DNA from: an uncultured virus (IMG/VR IMGVR_UViG_3300024255_000005)
Taxonomy: Duplodnaviria > Heunggongvirae > Uroviricota > Caudoviricetes
Length of the DNA stretch: 64,000 bases
IMG/VR virus record: IMGVR_UViG_3300024255_000005
Direction: 5' to 3' (one strand)
The notes under the pieces are model-generated. The model did not search any database, was not told the origin of the DNA, and was given only the letters and a program-made list of their open reading frames with translations. A program made the position numbers and the translations under genes. Shown in pieces: positions 48,537-59,176 of the stretch. Positions within the stretch are counted from its first letter, which is position 1; each line of letters starts with the position of its first letter.

Positions 48537-49487
48537 ATGGTTCACACACTGTTCACAGAAAAATATCGTCCAAGCAACTTAGACGAATTGATTTTACCAG
48601 AAAGAGTAATGTCAAAATTTAAAGATGGTCTAACTCAAAATGTACTTTTAGCTGGAAGCCCTGGTACTGGTAAGACATCTACTGCGAAGGCGATTGTTAA
48701 GCAATTCGAACTTCCTTATATTTACATCAACGCATCAACTGATACTTCAGTAGATGTTATTAGAACCAGGATTATGGATTTCTGTTCTACTATGTCTATC
48801 TTAGATGATCAAGGTAAGATGAAAATAGTTATCCTCGATGAGGTAGATGGTGTATCTGATCAATTCTTTAAAGCGCTTCGTGCTACTATGGAACAATTTG
48901 CATCTAATTCAAGGTTTATTGCGACCTGTAATTATGTAAATAAAATTCCAGATCCAATTCTTTCAAGGTTCGAAGTAATTAATTTCGACTTTGATAAAGA
49001 AGAAGAGAGCGAATTGACAAAGAAATATATTAGACGAGTATATGATATATGTGGAAAAGAAGAAATGACAATAGAAAAACCAGCATTGGTTGAATTTGTC
49101 CGTAGAAACTTCCCAGATCTTCGCTCGACACTTAATAAATTACAAGGATATAAGTCAGAAGGAACGAATAAGATTACATTAAACGATGTTAAAAAGTTTA
49201 ACTCAGTCTATAAAGATGTTTTTGAATTAATCTTTAATGAAACCGACCCTGTTAAAAACTATAAGTATTTAGTAGGTGAATATTCAAATAGAACAGATGA
49301 AATACTTCAAACATTAGGAGAAGAGTTCATAGACTATATTCAATCAGAGAAAGGAAATAGCACAAAACATATTCCTCAAATTGCAGTAACTGTGGCAGAA
49401 CATCAAGCACAAAGGGTTCACGTAATTGACCCAGCGATAACCATGCTAAGTTGTATATATAAGCTACAAGAAATAATTAGAAATTAA
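48537..49487 (+). CDS. gp44: clamp loader large subunit (RFC-like)
   Basis: EKYRP, GSPGTGKT, INAS, LDEVD, TCN, SRF and FPDLR. Confidence 0.93.
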   Translation: MVHTLFTEKYRPSNLDELILPERVMSKFKDGLTQNVLLAGSPGTGKTSTAKAIVKQFELPYIYINASTDTSVDVIRTRIMDFCSTMSILDDQGKMKIVILDEVDGVSDQFFKALRATMEQFASNSRFIATCNYVNKIPDPILSRFEVINFDFDKEEESELTKKYIRRVYDICGKEEMTIEKPALVEFVRRNFPDLRSTLNKLQGYKSEGTNKITLNDVKKFNSVYKDVFELIFNETDPVKNYKYLVGEYSNRTDEILQTLGEEFIDYIQSEKGNSTKHIPQIAVTVAEHQAQRVHVIDPAITMLSCIYKLQEIIRN

Positions 49488-49548
49488 TTGCTGAAATATT
49501 TTTTTATCTCAGAAATTTTGCTTATATTAGTAATATAAAACAAAACAC

Positions 49549-50775
49549 ATGAAACTAGGAAAACATACATTGTTAATTGACGGTAACTATTTTTTACATA
49601 GTAGACTATTCGTTCTACCTAGGCCTAAAGGTAAACAATTATTAGGCGATAAAGAATCACAATCTCAACTTATGAGAAAGCTATGTATTGACTTCGCCTC
49701 AGAAGTTCGTAAAATGGCTCCTTTCGTAGATCAGATTGTTGTTGCAGTTGATGCTAAATCATGGCGTAAAGATCTTTTTCCTGATGCACAATATAAAGGA
49801 ACTAGAACGCATGACGATTCTATTAATTGGAAAGCAGTCTTCGGTGTTTATGCTGAATGGCAAAAAATACTAGAACAAAGGGGTATTATTATCCACCAAG
49901 TTCAAGGTGCAGAAGCAGATGATGTAATGTACGGTTGGTCTACTCAATTAAATAGCGAAGGTAAAAATTGCATTGCATGGACAGGTGATAGAGATTTAAT
50001 TCAACTTGTAAACTATAATCAAGCAACCGATGCATATACTCTATGGTATTATAATTCTAAGAAAAAGCTTATTGCCTTTGAAGGTTTCGAAGATGTAATG
50101 GCATCTAGAAAAACATCTACAATGACCAATGACGAATTGTTATTCAACATTGCCTCAGAAGAAGCAACATACGACAAGCTAAAAGAAGACTTCCAAACAT
50201 GGATGGATAAGAACAGAGTAGAAGTTCAAGAAATTAACTGCGATGATTTTGTATTCGGTAAAATACTACAAGGTGACAAATCAGATAATATTCCTTCAGT
50301 TATTACATGGACTAAAGCTGCATCTAATGGCAAGATCAGAAACTATTCACTTACGGAAAAACATTGCGTAAAGATCTTAGAACAATACAAGAAAGAAGAA
50401 AGTGAATTTACAATAGAACATTTTTTCAATAGAGGTCAAGTAAATAAGCTAGTAGATATTATTTATAGAGTTGTTGGTAAATCTGATCCTAAGGAAATCA
50501 GAATTAGATTTAATCAAAACCTAGATCTAGTTCTTCTTCACTATAATACTATTCCCCTTGCAATTCAAAAAGGTATTTATAATAATATTGAAGTAGATAG
50601 AAATGTTTTACCAGAATTCTCTAATATCACCCAGATGGAAAAGATCTTAGAAGGAACAGATTGGATGGCAAAGAAATCACAAGGTGCTCCTAAAAGGTAT
50701 GATGCCTTCGCAGGATTAAAAGAAGATAGTAGCAAGGAAAGACCTTCTACTAAGAAATTGAACGAACTTTTTTAA
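49549..50775 (+). CDS. rnh: RNase H / 5'-3' flap exonuclease
   Basis: LIDGN, SWRK, YKGTR, EADD, GDRDLIQL and GDKSDNIP. Confidence 0.9.
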   Translation: MKLGKHTLLIDGNYFLHSRLFVLPRPKGKQLLGDKESQSQLMRKLCIDFASEVRKMAPFVDQIVVAVDAKSWRKDLFPDAQYKGTRTHDDSINWKAVFGVYAEWQKILEQRGIIIHQVQGAEADDVMYGWSTQLNSEGKNCIAWTGDRDLIQLVNYNQATDAYTLWYYNSKKKLIAFEGFEDVMASRKTSTMTNDELLFNIASEEATYDKLKEDFQTWMDKNRVEVQEINCDDFVFGKILQGDKSDNIPSVITWTKAASNGKIRNYSLTEKHCVKILEQYKKEESEFTIEHFFNRGQVNKLVDIIYRVVGKSDPKEIRIRFNQNLDLVLLHYNTIPLAIQKGIYNNIEVDRNVLPEFSNITQMEKILEGTDWMAKKSQGAPKRYDAFAGLKEDSSKERPSTKKLNELF

Positions 50776-50807
50776 TAAACTTATAGCAAGTTTACAGTAT
50801 AATTTAT

Positions 50808-51239
50808 ATGCTAGACGAAACAAAATTATTTGATTTTGTAAAGATTATGTTTACAAAACCTAATCAATACAAGAACGTAAAGAACTTTAATAAGAAGAGA
50901 CACCACTTCATGATTAACAGGTTTTTTGCTATTAAATATCCATCAAATGCACAGTTATTTAATGTAAATGGAATTAATGGCAACGCAGTTATCGATAGTT
51001 GGCACATGGTATCTTCAAGATTTAGGTCAGTTCCAGGATGGATCTATACTAAAACCAAGAAAGCAGCTCCAAAACCTAAAAAATCAAAAAAAGAATATAT
51101 ACCTAAAGAAGAAACAATTAAATTCTTTTTACAAAGAAATGAAATTGGAATGAGAGAGTTCAATGATCTTAAGAAATTTAACCCGGTTGAATTAAATAAG
51201 AATCTATTGGAATTAGAAAACACAATGCAGGTATATTAA
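50808..51239 (+). CDS. gp62: clamp loader small subunit (gp62-like)
   Basis: LFDFVK, FMINRFF and W...K pattern; size and position fit gp62. Confidence 0.6.
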   Translation: MLDETKLFDFVKIMFTKPNQYKNVKNFNKKRHHFMINRFFAIKYPSNAQLFNVNGINGNAVIDSWHMVSSRFRSVPGWIYTKTKKAAPKPKKSKKEYIPKEETIKFFLQRNEIGMREFNDLKKFNPVELNKNLLELENTMQVY

Positions 51240-51893
51240 ATGATTAGCTACTACGACTTTAATGATGTGGCCACTGTCGTTGACGCCACTCTATTCAAAT
51301 ATAATTATATCGACAATAAGATTCTTACATTAGTAAAGAATCAATTGGACTATAGGGTCGTTAATGATGGATCTCTTCTTGTAAGTAAAGAGCAATTATC
51401 TTTGTTTTTAAAGGAAAACTTTCAATCCGATATTAATAGAATCAACGCAACTGGTTTTGAACAATTTCATAAAGAAGCAACTACTATTTATTTTCTACAC
51501 AAGATCTTAACAGATTTTACAAACTTAGAATATATTAAGCTGACTATCAATAAAAATAAATCTTATAGTAGATTATCCGACATAGATGGAATTAAGACTC
51601 TTCGATTTAATTTTAAAGTATTGGCAGGAACATTAAGGCTATATGATATATTTCAACAAGAAAAAGATTTACAAGAAATAAACTCTACTTTAATTTCACT
51701 AGGTCTTATGAAAAAGAATGTTCCTTATGCAAGGCACCATGCTTCTCATATATTTAATGCTTTAGATTCTTTTGTAAGATCGAGAGAAGGTCTAGATGAA
51801 AAAGAATTTGATACTGCATTAGATCTAATGGACTGCATAGAAGCTAAGATCCAAGATGATAATCCCAAAATAATGTTAATCACTGATTACTAG
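51240..51893 (+). CDS. hypothetical protein
   Basis: 217 aa ORF abutting the upstream gene. Confidence 0.7.
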   Translation: MISYYDFNDVATVVDATLFKYNYIDNKILTLVKNQLDYRVVNDGSLLVSKEQLSLFLKENFQSDINRINATGFEQFHKEATTIYFLHKILTDFTNLEYIKLTINKNKSYSRLSDIDGIKTLRFNFKVLAGTLRLYDIFQQEKDLQEINSTLISLGLMKKNVPYARHHASHIFNALDSFVRSREGLDEKEFDTALDLMDCIEAKIQDDNPKIMLITDY

Positions 51894-51934
51894 CTTTCTT
51901 TAACGAATATATAGACAAAAGAACTAGATATTAA

Positions 51935-53884
51935 ATGGTAACAGGATATACTGCAAACGCAAACGGAGATCAACTTATAGCATCCCTACAAGATCCTTTT
52001 CAGAACGTAATAAAGATTACGGATTGGGAAATTATAGCAGGTTTAACAACACCACAAACAAAGGGTGTAGTTATATTGAATGCAGGATCTCCAACAGTAA
52101 TAGGAATGGGAACAGATTTTACATTTCTAACCAATGGCGATGAAATTGTATTAGGAAATAAAATATTTCAAGTTAGCAGCGTAACAGATGCATATACTTT
52201 GGAATTAACAACACCACCTCAGTTTTCAACACAACCATCTGGAATAGAATTTTTCTTAGTTCCTAATGAATCAAATAAATTTGATTATGAATTTAGATGG
52301 TCACAGACTGGTGGATCTTTTTCAGAATTTTCAGAATTAAATAAAACTTCAAACATCGGAGATTTATTCAGTTTAGATTTTAATAATACACTTCCACTTT
52401 ACATTGACCTAAAAGCAGAAGTATCTTCATTATCCGGAGGTAACTCTTTATCTCTTATTTCAATCACATACACTACACAAACCGAAGACGGTATTGTTGA
52501 AGCATGTCCTAACTTTTGTGTTGAGTGTTTAGATCCCTTTTCAATGGACGGATGTGCAAACATTATCGTAGAAGAATGTAATGATAATTTATTTAATCCA
52601 TATAATTTAAGTAAATCTACTAAATTTGTAAAACAAATCACCGGATTAGTAAGCAATATATTCGGACATGAGGTAAATTACTTTAGAACTGAACCTGATA
52701 TGAGAACAGTAGATGTTACTCTTATGGAATATAGTTTACATGATGTAGTAGATAATAAAAACATAAAGATATTGGTTCCAGGAAATGAATTTCCTGAAGA
52801 AAGTATAACCTTTGATATATTTGGAATGGATTTCGCAGACTTTGAAATTCATATTACTCAAGAAGAATTTGATAGAGCGTTTGGAGAAAGAGATTCAGCT
52901 GGAAATTTAATAAAAAGCAGATACCCTAGATCTAAGGATTACATGTATATTCCTATTATTAATAGAATGTACGAGGTTCATACTATAGCTTTAGCCGATG
53001 AGTTTAATAAAACTAATTCATACTGGAGAGTAATGTTGAAGAAATATCAGGAAAGAACTTCAGTTAATAAAAATACGTTTGACGCTGCAACCGACACATT
53101 AACCACTGGAATCGAAGAAGTTTTCGGAGAAAGACAAAGGGAAGAGCAGAAGAAAGATACAAATCCTCAGCAATTTAAAACAACTCTATCGACTTATAAT
53201 GATGGAATTAGAAAATTTTATAACACTTCTTTAGAAATAAAAGATTTTGAATTAAAAAATAGATGGACAATTGTCAGTAAAAATTACTATGACCTATCTA
53301 CTTTAGAGAACGAAGAATTATGTATCGAATATGAAGCACCTTCTCAATTAGGCACTGGTGAAAATATGGCAATTTCAGGATGGTTTAATCCTAGATTCAA
53401 TACGGGATCTGGAGATCATTTTATAATTGGAGATTCGACTGCATTAACAGGATTTAAATCATATATAAATGATTCAGAATTCAAGGTAATGTCTAATGGC
53501 AATACAGTAACGTTTAATCACGGAATAAATTTACAAAAAGAATGGTATGCCTTTGTATTAAATATAAGTAATGAATTCTCTTCAATGAGTTTAAGTATTT
53601 ATAATTTAAATGAAGTAGGTCTTCCTCAAAATAGCCCTACACAATTAATAGAATTATTTAATGAAGTTAAATCAGCAGGTATGGTTTGGAATTCAAATTC
53701 TAATTTCCAATTAAGAGGAAATGGAATGTATATGACAAATCTTAGAATATTTGAACAGGCTATAGAAGAAGAGCAAAGATCGAATGTATTAAATCAATAC
53801 ATTGTCAGAGACAACCAACTAGCAAAGATGATCGATAATGCAATACCAAGTATTGGATTTCAGAAATTCTTTCATTCTAAGTAA
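51935..53884 (+). CDS. gp14: neck / head-closure protein (gp14-like) with extra N-terminal beta domain and C-terminal LamG-like domain
   Basis: Central FGHEVNYF, FGMDF, PRSKDYMYIP and MYEV; C-terminal ISGWF...EWYAFVL...NLRIF. Confidence 0.65.
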   Translation: MVTGYTANANGDQLIASLQDPFQNVIKITDWEIIAGLTTPQTKGVVILNAGSPTVIGMGTDFTFLTNGDEIVLGNKIFQVSSVTDAYTLELTTPPQFSTQPSGIEFFLVPNESNKFDYEFRWSQTGGSFSEFSELNKTSNIGDLFSLDFNNTLPLYIDLKAEVSSLSGGNSLSLISITYTTQTEDGIVEACPNFCVECLDPFSMDGCANIIVEECNDNLFNPYNLSKSTKFVKQITGLVSNIFGHEVNYFRTEPDMRTVDVTLMEYSLHDVVDNKNIKILVPGNEFPEESITFDIFGMDFADFEIHITQEEFDRAFGERDSAGNLIKSRYPRSKDYMYIPIINRMYEVHTIALADEFNKTNSYWRVMLKKYQERTSVNKNTFDAATDTLTTGIEEVFGERQREEQKKDTNPQQFKTTLSTYNDGIRKFYNTSLEIKDFELKNRWTIVSKNYYDLSTLENEELCIEYEAPSQLGTGENMAISGWFNPRFNTGSGDHFIIGDSTALTGFKSYINDSEFKVMSNGNTVTFNHGINLQKEWYAFVLNISNEFSSMSLSIYNLNEVGLPQNSPTQLIELFNEVKSAGMVWNSNSNFQLRGNGMYMTNLRIFEQAIEEEQRSNVLNQYIVRDNQLAKMIDNAIPSIGFQKFFHSK

Positions 53885-53916
53885 TTAGGATATATAATCC
53901 TATAAAACAATAACTT

Positions 53917-54567
53917 ATGTCAGAAGAAAAGAAGTCAATAAAAGACCAAGCAGAAGATATTAGAAAAGAGCTTGATGAACTTATTGGCGAAAGTGTAGAT
54001 ATAACAGAAGCGACGGAAACAGACCCAGCGTTTCTTCCTCATCAACCAAAGGAAATACTTCCTACGTTTGGAGAACTTAAGGTTAAATCTACAGCTACCG
54101 CCAAAAAGACAATAACTGCCCTTATGAAATTTTATCTTGCAGAAGATATTATTGAAAAGGATGAATATATTTCCGCTAAAAAGAAGATGGACGAAATGAC
54201 AATGAGTTCATTAGTTTATCAATTACAAGCAGGTGAAAGGGCTTTAACCACCTTATTACAAACAATAGAAGATGGTGAATTAGCACCAAGAATGTTTGAG
54301 GTTCTTGCAACTTTACAAAAATCAATGTTAGATATCATTAAATCTCAGACAATGTATCTAATGGCAACTGAAGAAAGTGCCAAGAGAATTTCCAGAGATA
54401 TAGAAATCTATAAGAAAAGAGATGATGTTAGGGAAATAGAAGAATCAGGAGGTTCCACTGGTGATTCTGCGGTTCAAAGAGGAACTAAAGATCTTATGAG
54501 AATGATTCGTTCTGGAATCGATTCAGAAACTCAAGATATCGAAGATGTAGAACCTAACGAAGAATAA
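53917..54567 (+). CDS. gp16: terminase small subunit
   Basis: PRMFEVLATL and GTKDL motifs; directly upstream of the large terminase. Confidence 0.75.
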   Translation: MSEEKKSIKDQAEDIRKELDELIGESVDITEATETDPAFLPHQPKEILPTFGELKVKSTATAKKTITALMKFYLAEDIIEKDEYISAKKKMDEMTMSSLVYQLQAGERALTTLLQTIEDGELAPRMFEVLATLQKSMLDIIKSQTMYLMATEESAKRISRDIEIYKKRDDVREIEESGGSTGDSAVQRGTKDLMRMIRSGIDSETQDIEDVEPNEE

Positions 54568-54569
54568 CA

Positions 54570-56396
54570 ATGAGCGATTACGTAGGAGATAATATGTGGA
54601 TTCCGAAAGGAGACAAAAGCGATCCTGGTCAAAAGCTGGTATGGTCGACTAAGAATGTTGATGATCTTTTAGTAGCACTAGATAAAGGATATCGCCCACA
54701 AGTTTCTATGCCTTTTTATGAGGGTAAGCAGTTTTTACGTAAGGGTAATATTGTATTTGAATATACTGAAGAGGAAATTGCAGAGCTGGCTAAATGTGCA
54801 AATGATATTGTTTATTTTGCAGAAAAGTATGCAGTAGTAATGACAGATGAAGGTATTCAACAGGTAAAACTTAGAGAATATCAAAAAGAATTATTACATA
54901 ACTTTCAAAACGAAAGATTTAATATTGTATTAGCGGCCAGACAAATGGGTAAAACCGTAACAGCCTCTATTTTTAATGCATGGTATGTTACATTTAACTA
55001 TGATAAAACTACTCTTCTTTTAGCCAATAAATCAGATTCAACAAAAGAAATTATAGATAAAGCAAAGGTAGTTATTGAAAACCTTCCTTTCTTTATGAAA
55101 CCGGGTATTATTAAGTATGACGTTATGAATGTACGTTCAGATAATGGATGTAGATTAGTAGGTCAATCAACTACTGCAAAATCAGGTATTGGTTTTACTA
55201 TTCATAACTTATATCTTGATGAGTTTGCACACATTCATCCAACTATAGTTGATTCATTCTATGAAAATGTATATCCTACATTATCAGCTTCTAAGGTATC
55301 TAGAATTAATATTACTTCAACACCGAATGGATTTAATAAATTCTATGAAATTTATGCAGGTGCCGAAAAAGGAGAAAATGAATATACACCAACGAGAGTT
55401 GATTGGTGGCAGCATCCAGATAGAGATGATGCATGGTATGAAAGAGAACTTGGAAACTTAGGTTCTGAAGAAGCTTTTAATAGACAATATGGAAATGAAT
55501 TCGTAAGTTCTTCTAATCTATTATTAAGCCCAATGGTTATGAAAACCATGAGAAAGAATTCACATGAATTTATATGGCATGATTTAGAAGATTTCGAAAA
55601 TATACAAATAGATACAAAGGGAGTTCTAGGATTTCATAAAGACTTCGATCCTGAAGGAGCAAAAGAATCTAATAGATTTTATTTGTTTTCAGTAGACATC
55701 GCAGAAGGCAACGGAGGTGATTACTCTGTAATTAATGTTTTCGAAGTAGAACCAATGGAAGATAAGGACATTATTGATGCAGTGACACCCGGTGCAATGT
55801 ATGACTTTTTTAGATTGAATCAAGTGGCAGTCTTTAGATCTAATGAACATGTTATTGAAGATTTTGCAAAGGTTCTATATACATTAGCTGTTGAGATATT
55901 TAATCCTGAAAATGTTAAGATGATTATAGAATTCAATACATACGGTTCTATCTTATTGAAATATTTACAAACAGTTTATCCTTCAAGAAATGAATTTGAA
56001 GACGAGATGGTATTAAGGTTTAAACATAGACATGATTCAAGAGCCTTAAAACCAGGTATAAAATTAAAAGCAGATAACAAATCAGTGTTTTGCCAAAATT
56101 TTAAAAAATTAATTGAAAATAATAGAATAAAAATAAATGACACAGAAACTGTAAATGAAGCAAGTCTTTTCGGTAGTCTTAAAAATGGAAGCTATGGTGC
56201 TCAAATGGGTAATGATGATATCATTATGACAGGAATCACTGCCACTGAATTTTTTAACACTACAGATTATGCAGATTACATCGAAGAATTGCTAGATTTT
56301 ATAGATCCTGAAAAGTATAAATTAATGGAAACTACTCTATATCAACAAAACGATTCAGCCGGAGATATGCAGTATGATATTTATGATCTTATATAG
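54570..56396 (+). CDS. gp17: terminase large subunit
   Basis: LREYQ, ARQMGKT, YLDEFAH, TSTPNG, VDIAEG, DYS and NDD. Confidence 0.95.
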   Translation: MSDYVGDNMWIPKGDKSDPGQKLVWSTKNVDDLLVALDKGYRPQVSMPFYEGKQFLRKGNIVFEYTEEEIAELAKCANDIVYFAEKYAVVMTDEGIQQVKLREYQKELLHNFQNERFNIVLAARQMGKTVTASIFNAWYVTFNYDKTTLLLANKSDSTKEIIDKAKVVIENLPFFMKPGIIKYDVMNVRSDNGCRLVGQSTTAKSGIGFTIHNLYLDEFAHIHPTIVDSFYENVYPTLSASKVSRINITSTPNGFNKFYEIYAGAEKGENEYTPTRVDWWQHPDRDDAWYERELGNLGSEEAFNRQYGNEFVSSSNLLLSPMVMKTMRKNSHEFIWHDLEDFENIQIDTKGVLGFHKDFDPEGAKESNRFYLFSVDIAEGNGGDYSVINVFEVEPMEDKDIIDAVTPGAMYDFFRLNQVAVFRSNEHVIEDFAKVLYTLAVEIFNPENVKMIIEFNTYGSILLKYLQTVYPSRNEFEDEMVLRFKHRHDSRALKPGIKLKADNKSVFCQNFKKLIENNRIKINDTETVNEASLFGSLKNGSYGAQMGNDDIIMTGITATEFFNTTDYADYIEELLDFIDPEKYKLMETTLYQQNDSAGDMQYDIYDLI

Positions 56397-56458
56397 ACTA
56401 AACTCCAGATTTACACGGATATATAGATTAACAAATAAAAAAATAAAATTAAATAACT

Positions 56459-59140
56459 ATGGCACTAAGTCCTCAATTATTACAATTCAAGAGTTCAGGC
56501 GTTTACAGATTGGAATTTGATAAATCCCAAACTGCTAATATTGACGTTTCTACTCTTAGGCTGGTTGTTGGTCACTCAAGAAAGGGACCTTACAATACAC
56601 CAGTATTAATCGAAAACGTTGAAGCATTCATTCAAGTATATGGAAACATCGACAAGTCGTTAGAGAAAAAAGGAATGTTCTTCCACAGATCAGCTAAGGC
56701 TGCTCTTTCAAGAGGACCTATCCTAGCTCTTAACCTTGCTCATTTTGGAGAAAATGATTTAGCTTCAGCTGCACAAATTTCAACAAATGGATCATATAAA
56801 ACTGATGCCTTAATGGAAAGACCAGCTGGAAATACATGGGTGGCAGGAGATGCTATTCCTGGTACTGGATCACCTGCACAGGCTCCAGTTGCAACCGCTA
56901 TTACAGACGCGGCAGCGGCTACACTTTCAGTAGACGGTTTAACTTTAACATTAGCAGGTGTAGATTTAACATCTAGCCTAGTAGGTACTTTCTATTTACT
57001 TTCAGATGCAGGTAGTGAACCTCATATCGAAGCAACAGCTGCGTTTGATGGTACAGATACTGTAATTACAGCTTTAGATGCTATCAATACAGCTCACGAC
57101 GGTGCTTCAACAAGCTTTAATATTTATGATATGGCATCGACTATCGCTGAAGTATTACCAGATACATACTCAGAAGCTGATGTAGCGGCAGACTTTACTA
57201 TTGCAACATATCCTGAATTAGGTCACCAAACTGGAGACTATGCTTATGCTAATTTCTTTGACACAGATAAATTCATGATTCCTTCTGACGAAAAAGTATT
57301 ACAAACACTAGGACAGGATTCTAATCAAGTTTTAAACTTTGTAAATATTAAACAAACCGCAATCACAGTTTTCACAAGAAAAGCACAAAATACTGATGGC
57401 TTTGATGTTACTGCAAGAGAATGGTATGGAGAAGGAAATGTTCCAGCATATTTAAATGACAAAGATTTAATGTCAGATTATATGATTGACGTATTTGTAT
57501 TCAAAGGTAAATTTGATGCTGCGGCAATGGACACTGATCCAGTTTATGGATATTACTTTGACAATAAAGGTTTAAGAAAAGAGCTAATAGAACAATTTGC
57601 AAATTTGAGACAAGTTGAAATGATAGGTTCTTATACGGGTTCAATGCTTCCAGGTTTTAAAGACTTAGAAGGAAGAAACGTATATATCGAAACAATGATT
57701 AACGCTGAAGCAAGAAGAACAGGTTTATTCTGTGCAATTGCTGAAGATTTAGTAACTGACGAATCTGGAGATACTCCAATTGATTTAGTTGGTCACACAT
57801 TTGACGAAGCCGCTCAAGATCAAGTAGTATTATCTTACGACATTGCAAATAGAACAATATTATTCCCCGGGTCGGATTTAACATACTCTGCTGATGGAAC
57901 TAATGCAATATTTACCTACACTGGTGCACTATCTACATTTACTCCTGAAGTTAAAAAAGGAAATTATATCAGAACAGGTGAAAGATTAGCTCTAGTTGAG
58001 CAGGTTTCTGTTTCTAAAAACGAAAGCGGACAAATAGTATGGACTATTAAATTATCAGAAGCGGCTCCTTTAGTTGCCCCTACTGCATTTATTGAATCTT
58101 TAGAAGATGCAGCAGTTTCATATACTCCATTCGTATTAAATGGCGCAGATATTGAAGCAGAAACTATTACTTCATGTTTACAGGCTATTTCATTAGGAAC
58201 AGGATTGGCAACTGGTTTAGTAGATAAAGATGCAATTGACTTTAGATATATTGTTGATACATTTGGATCTTACGATTTAAATGGATTACAAAATAAAATT
58301 CAATTATCTCAATTAGCAAAAGAAAGACAAAACGCAGCAGCTATATTAAATGCACCAATGGTAAAAGACTTTAAAGAATCTACGGATCCTTCATTTAAAG
58401 ATCAATTTGGCTCATTTAAAACTTCATACATTAAAGATGGAGGTAACTTAGATCAAAATCCAACATCACTATATACATTACCGAGTATCGCAGATGGTGC
58501 AAACTTTGCATTCTACTATGGTCCTGGTCTTATTGTAAGAGAAAATGGAAAAGATTTAATCGTTCCACCAGCTGCTTATGTATCTAATAACTATATTGAT
58601 AAATACACAGACGCTTTACCATGGTCAATTGTCGCTGGTCCTAGAAGAGGTGTTGTTGCTGGAACTAACGTTGCAGGAGCTGAATATTCTTTTGACAAAT
58701 CAGATAGAGACATTTTAGAGCCATTTGGTTATAACCCAATTGTATTCCAAAGAGGAGTTGGTTTAACTATCTTAGGAAATAAAACTGCACAGCAATCTAT
58801 TAAATCATCACTATCTTCAGCTCACGTTAGAGAAGTGTTAATTTACATTCAAGATGCAATGGCAGATATCCTTAAGGATTACGTATTCGAATTTAATAAT
58901 GCACAAACTAGATTAGAAATCAAAACTTTAGCAGATTCATTAATGGAATCAGTTAGACAAGACGGTGGAGTATATGATTTCAAAAACGTAATGGATCAAT
59001 CAAATAACACAGGTGAGGTAATTGATAACAACATTGGTATCATAGATACATTTGTTGAGCCAGTTAAAGGTTTAGAAATAGTTGTACATAGAACAACGAT
59101 TTTAAATACTGGTGAAATTTCAACAGGAAACTTTAGTTAA
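56459..59140 (+). CDS. gp18: tail sheath protein
   Basis: SSGVY, KGPYNTP, PWSIVAGPRRG, NPI, GNKT and FEFN. Confidence 0.93.
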   Translation: MALSPQLLQFKSSGVYRLEFDKSQTANIDVSTLRLVVGHSRKGPYNTPVLIENVEAFIQVYGNIDKSLEKKGMFFHRSAKAALSRGPILALNLAHFGENDLASAAQISTNGSYKTDALMERPAGNTWVAGDAIPGTGSPAQAPVATAITDAAAATLSVDGLTLTLAGVDLTSSLVGTFYLLSDAGSEPHIEATAAFDGTDTVITALDAINTAHDGASTSFNIYDMASTIAEVLPDTYSEADVAADFTIATYPELGHQTGDYAYANFFDTDKFMIPSDEKVLQTLGQDSNQVLNFVNIKQTAITVFTRKAQNTDGFDVTAREWYGEGNVPAYLNDKDLMSDYMIDVFVFKGKFDAAAMDTDPVYGYYFDNKGLRKELIEQFANLRQVEMIGSYTGSMLPGFKDLEGRNVYIETMINAEARRTGLFCAIAEDLVTDESGDTPIDLVGHTFDEAAQDQVVLSYDIANRTILFPGSDLTYSADGTNAIFTYTGALSTFTPEVKKGNYIRTGERLALVEQVSVSKNESGQIVWTIKLSEAAPLVAPTAFIESLEDAAVSYTPFVLNGADIEAETITSCLQAISLGTGLATGLVDKDAIDFRYIVDTFGSYDLNGLQNKIQLSQLAKERQNAAAILNAPMVKDFKESTDPSFKDQFGSFKTSYIKDGGNLDQNPTSLYTLPSIADGANFAFYYGPGLIVRENGKDLIVPPAAYVSNNYIDKYTDALPWSIVAGPRRGVVAGTNVAGAEYSFDKSDRDILEPFGYNPIVFQRGVGLTILGNKTAQQSIKSSLSSAHVREVLIYIQDAMADILKDYVFEFNNAQTRLEIKTLADSLMESVRQDGGVYDFKNVMDQSNNTGEVIDNNIGIIDTFVEPVKGLEIVVHRTTILNTGEISTGNFS

Positions 59141-59176
59141 GAAGATATATAATAAAAAATAAAACAATAAAGACTT

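Noticed and set aside
54570..56396. Inteins or homing endonucleases in terminase, helicase or nrdA
   Set aside because: Lengths are normal and no intein termini, LAGLIDADG or HNH motifs were seen.
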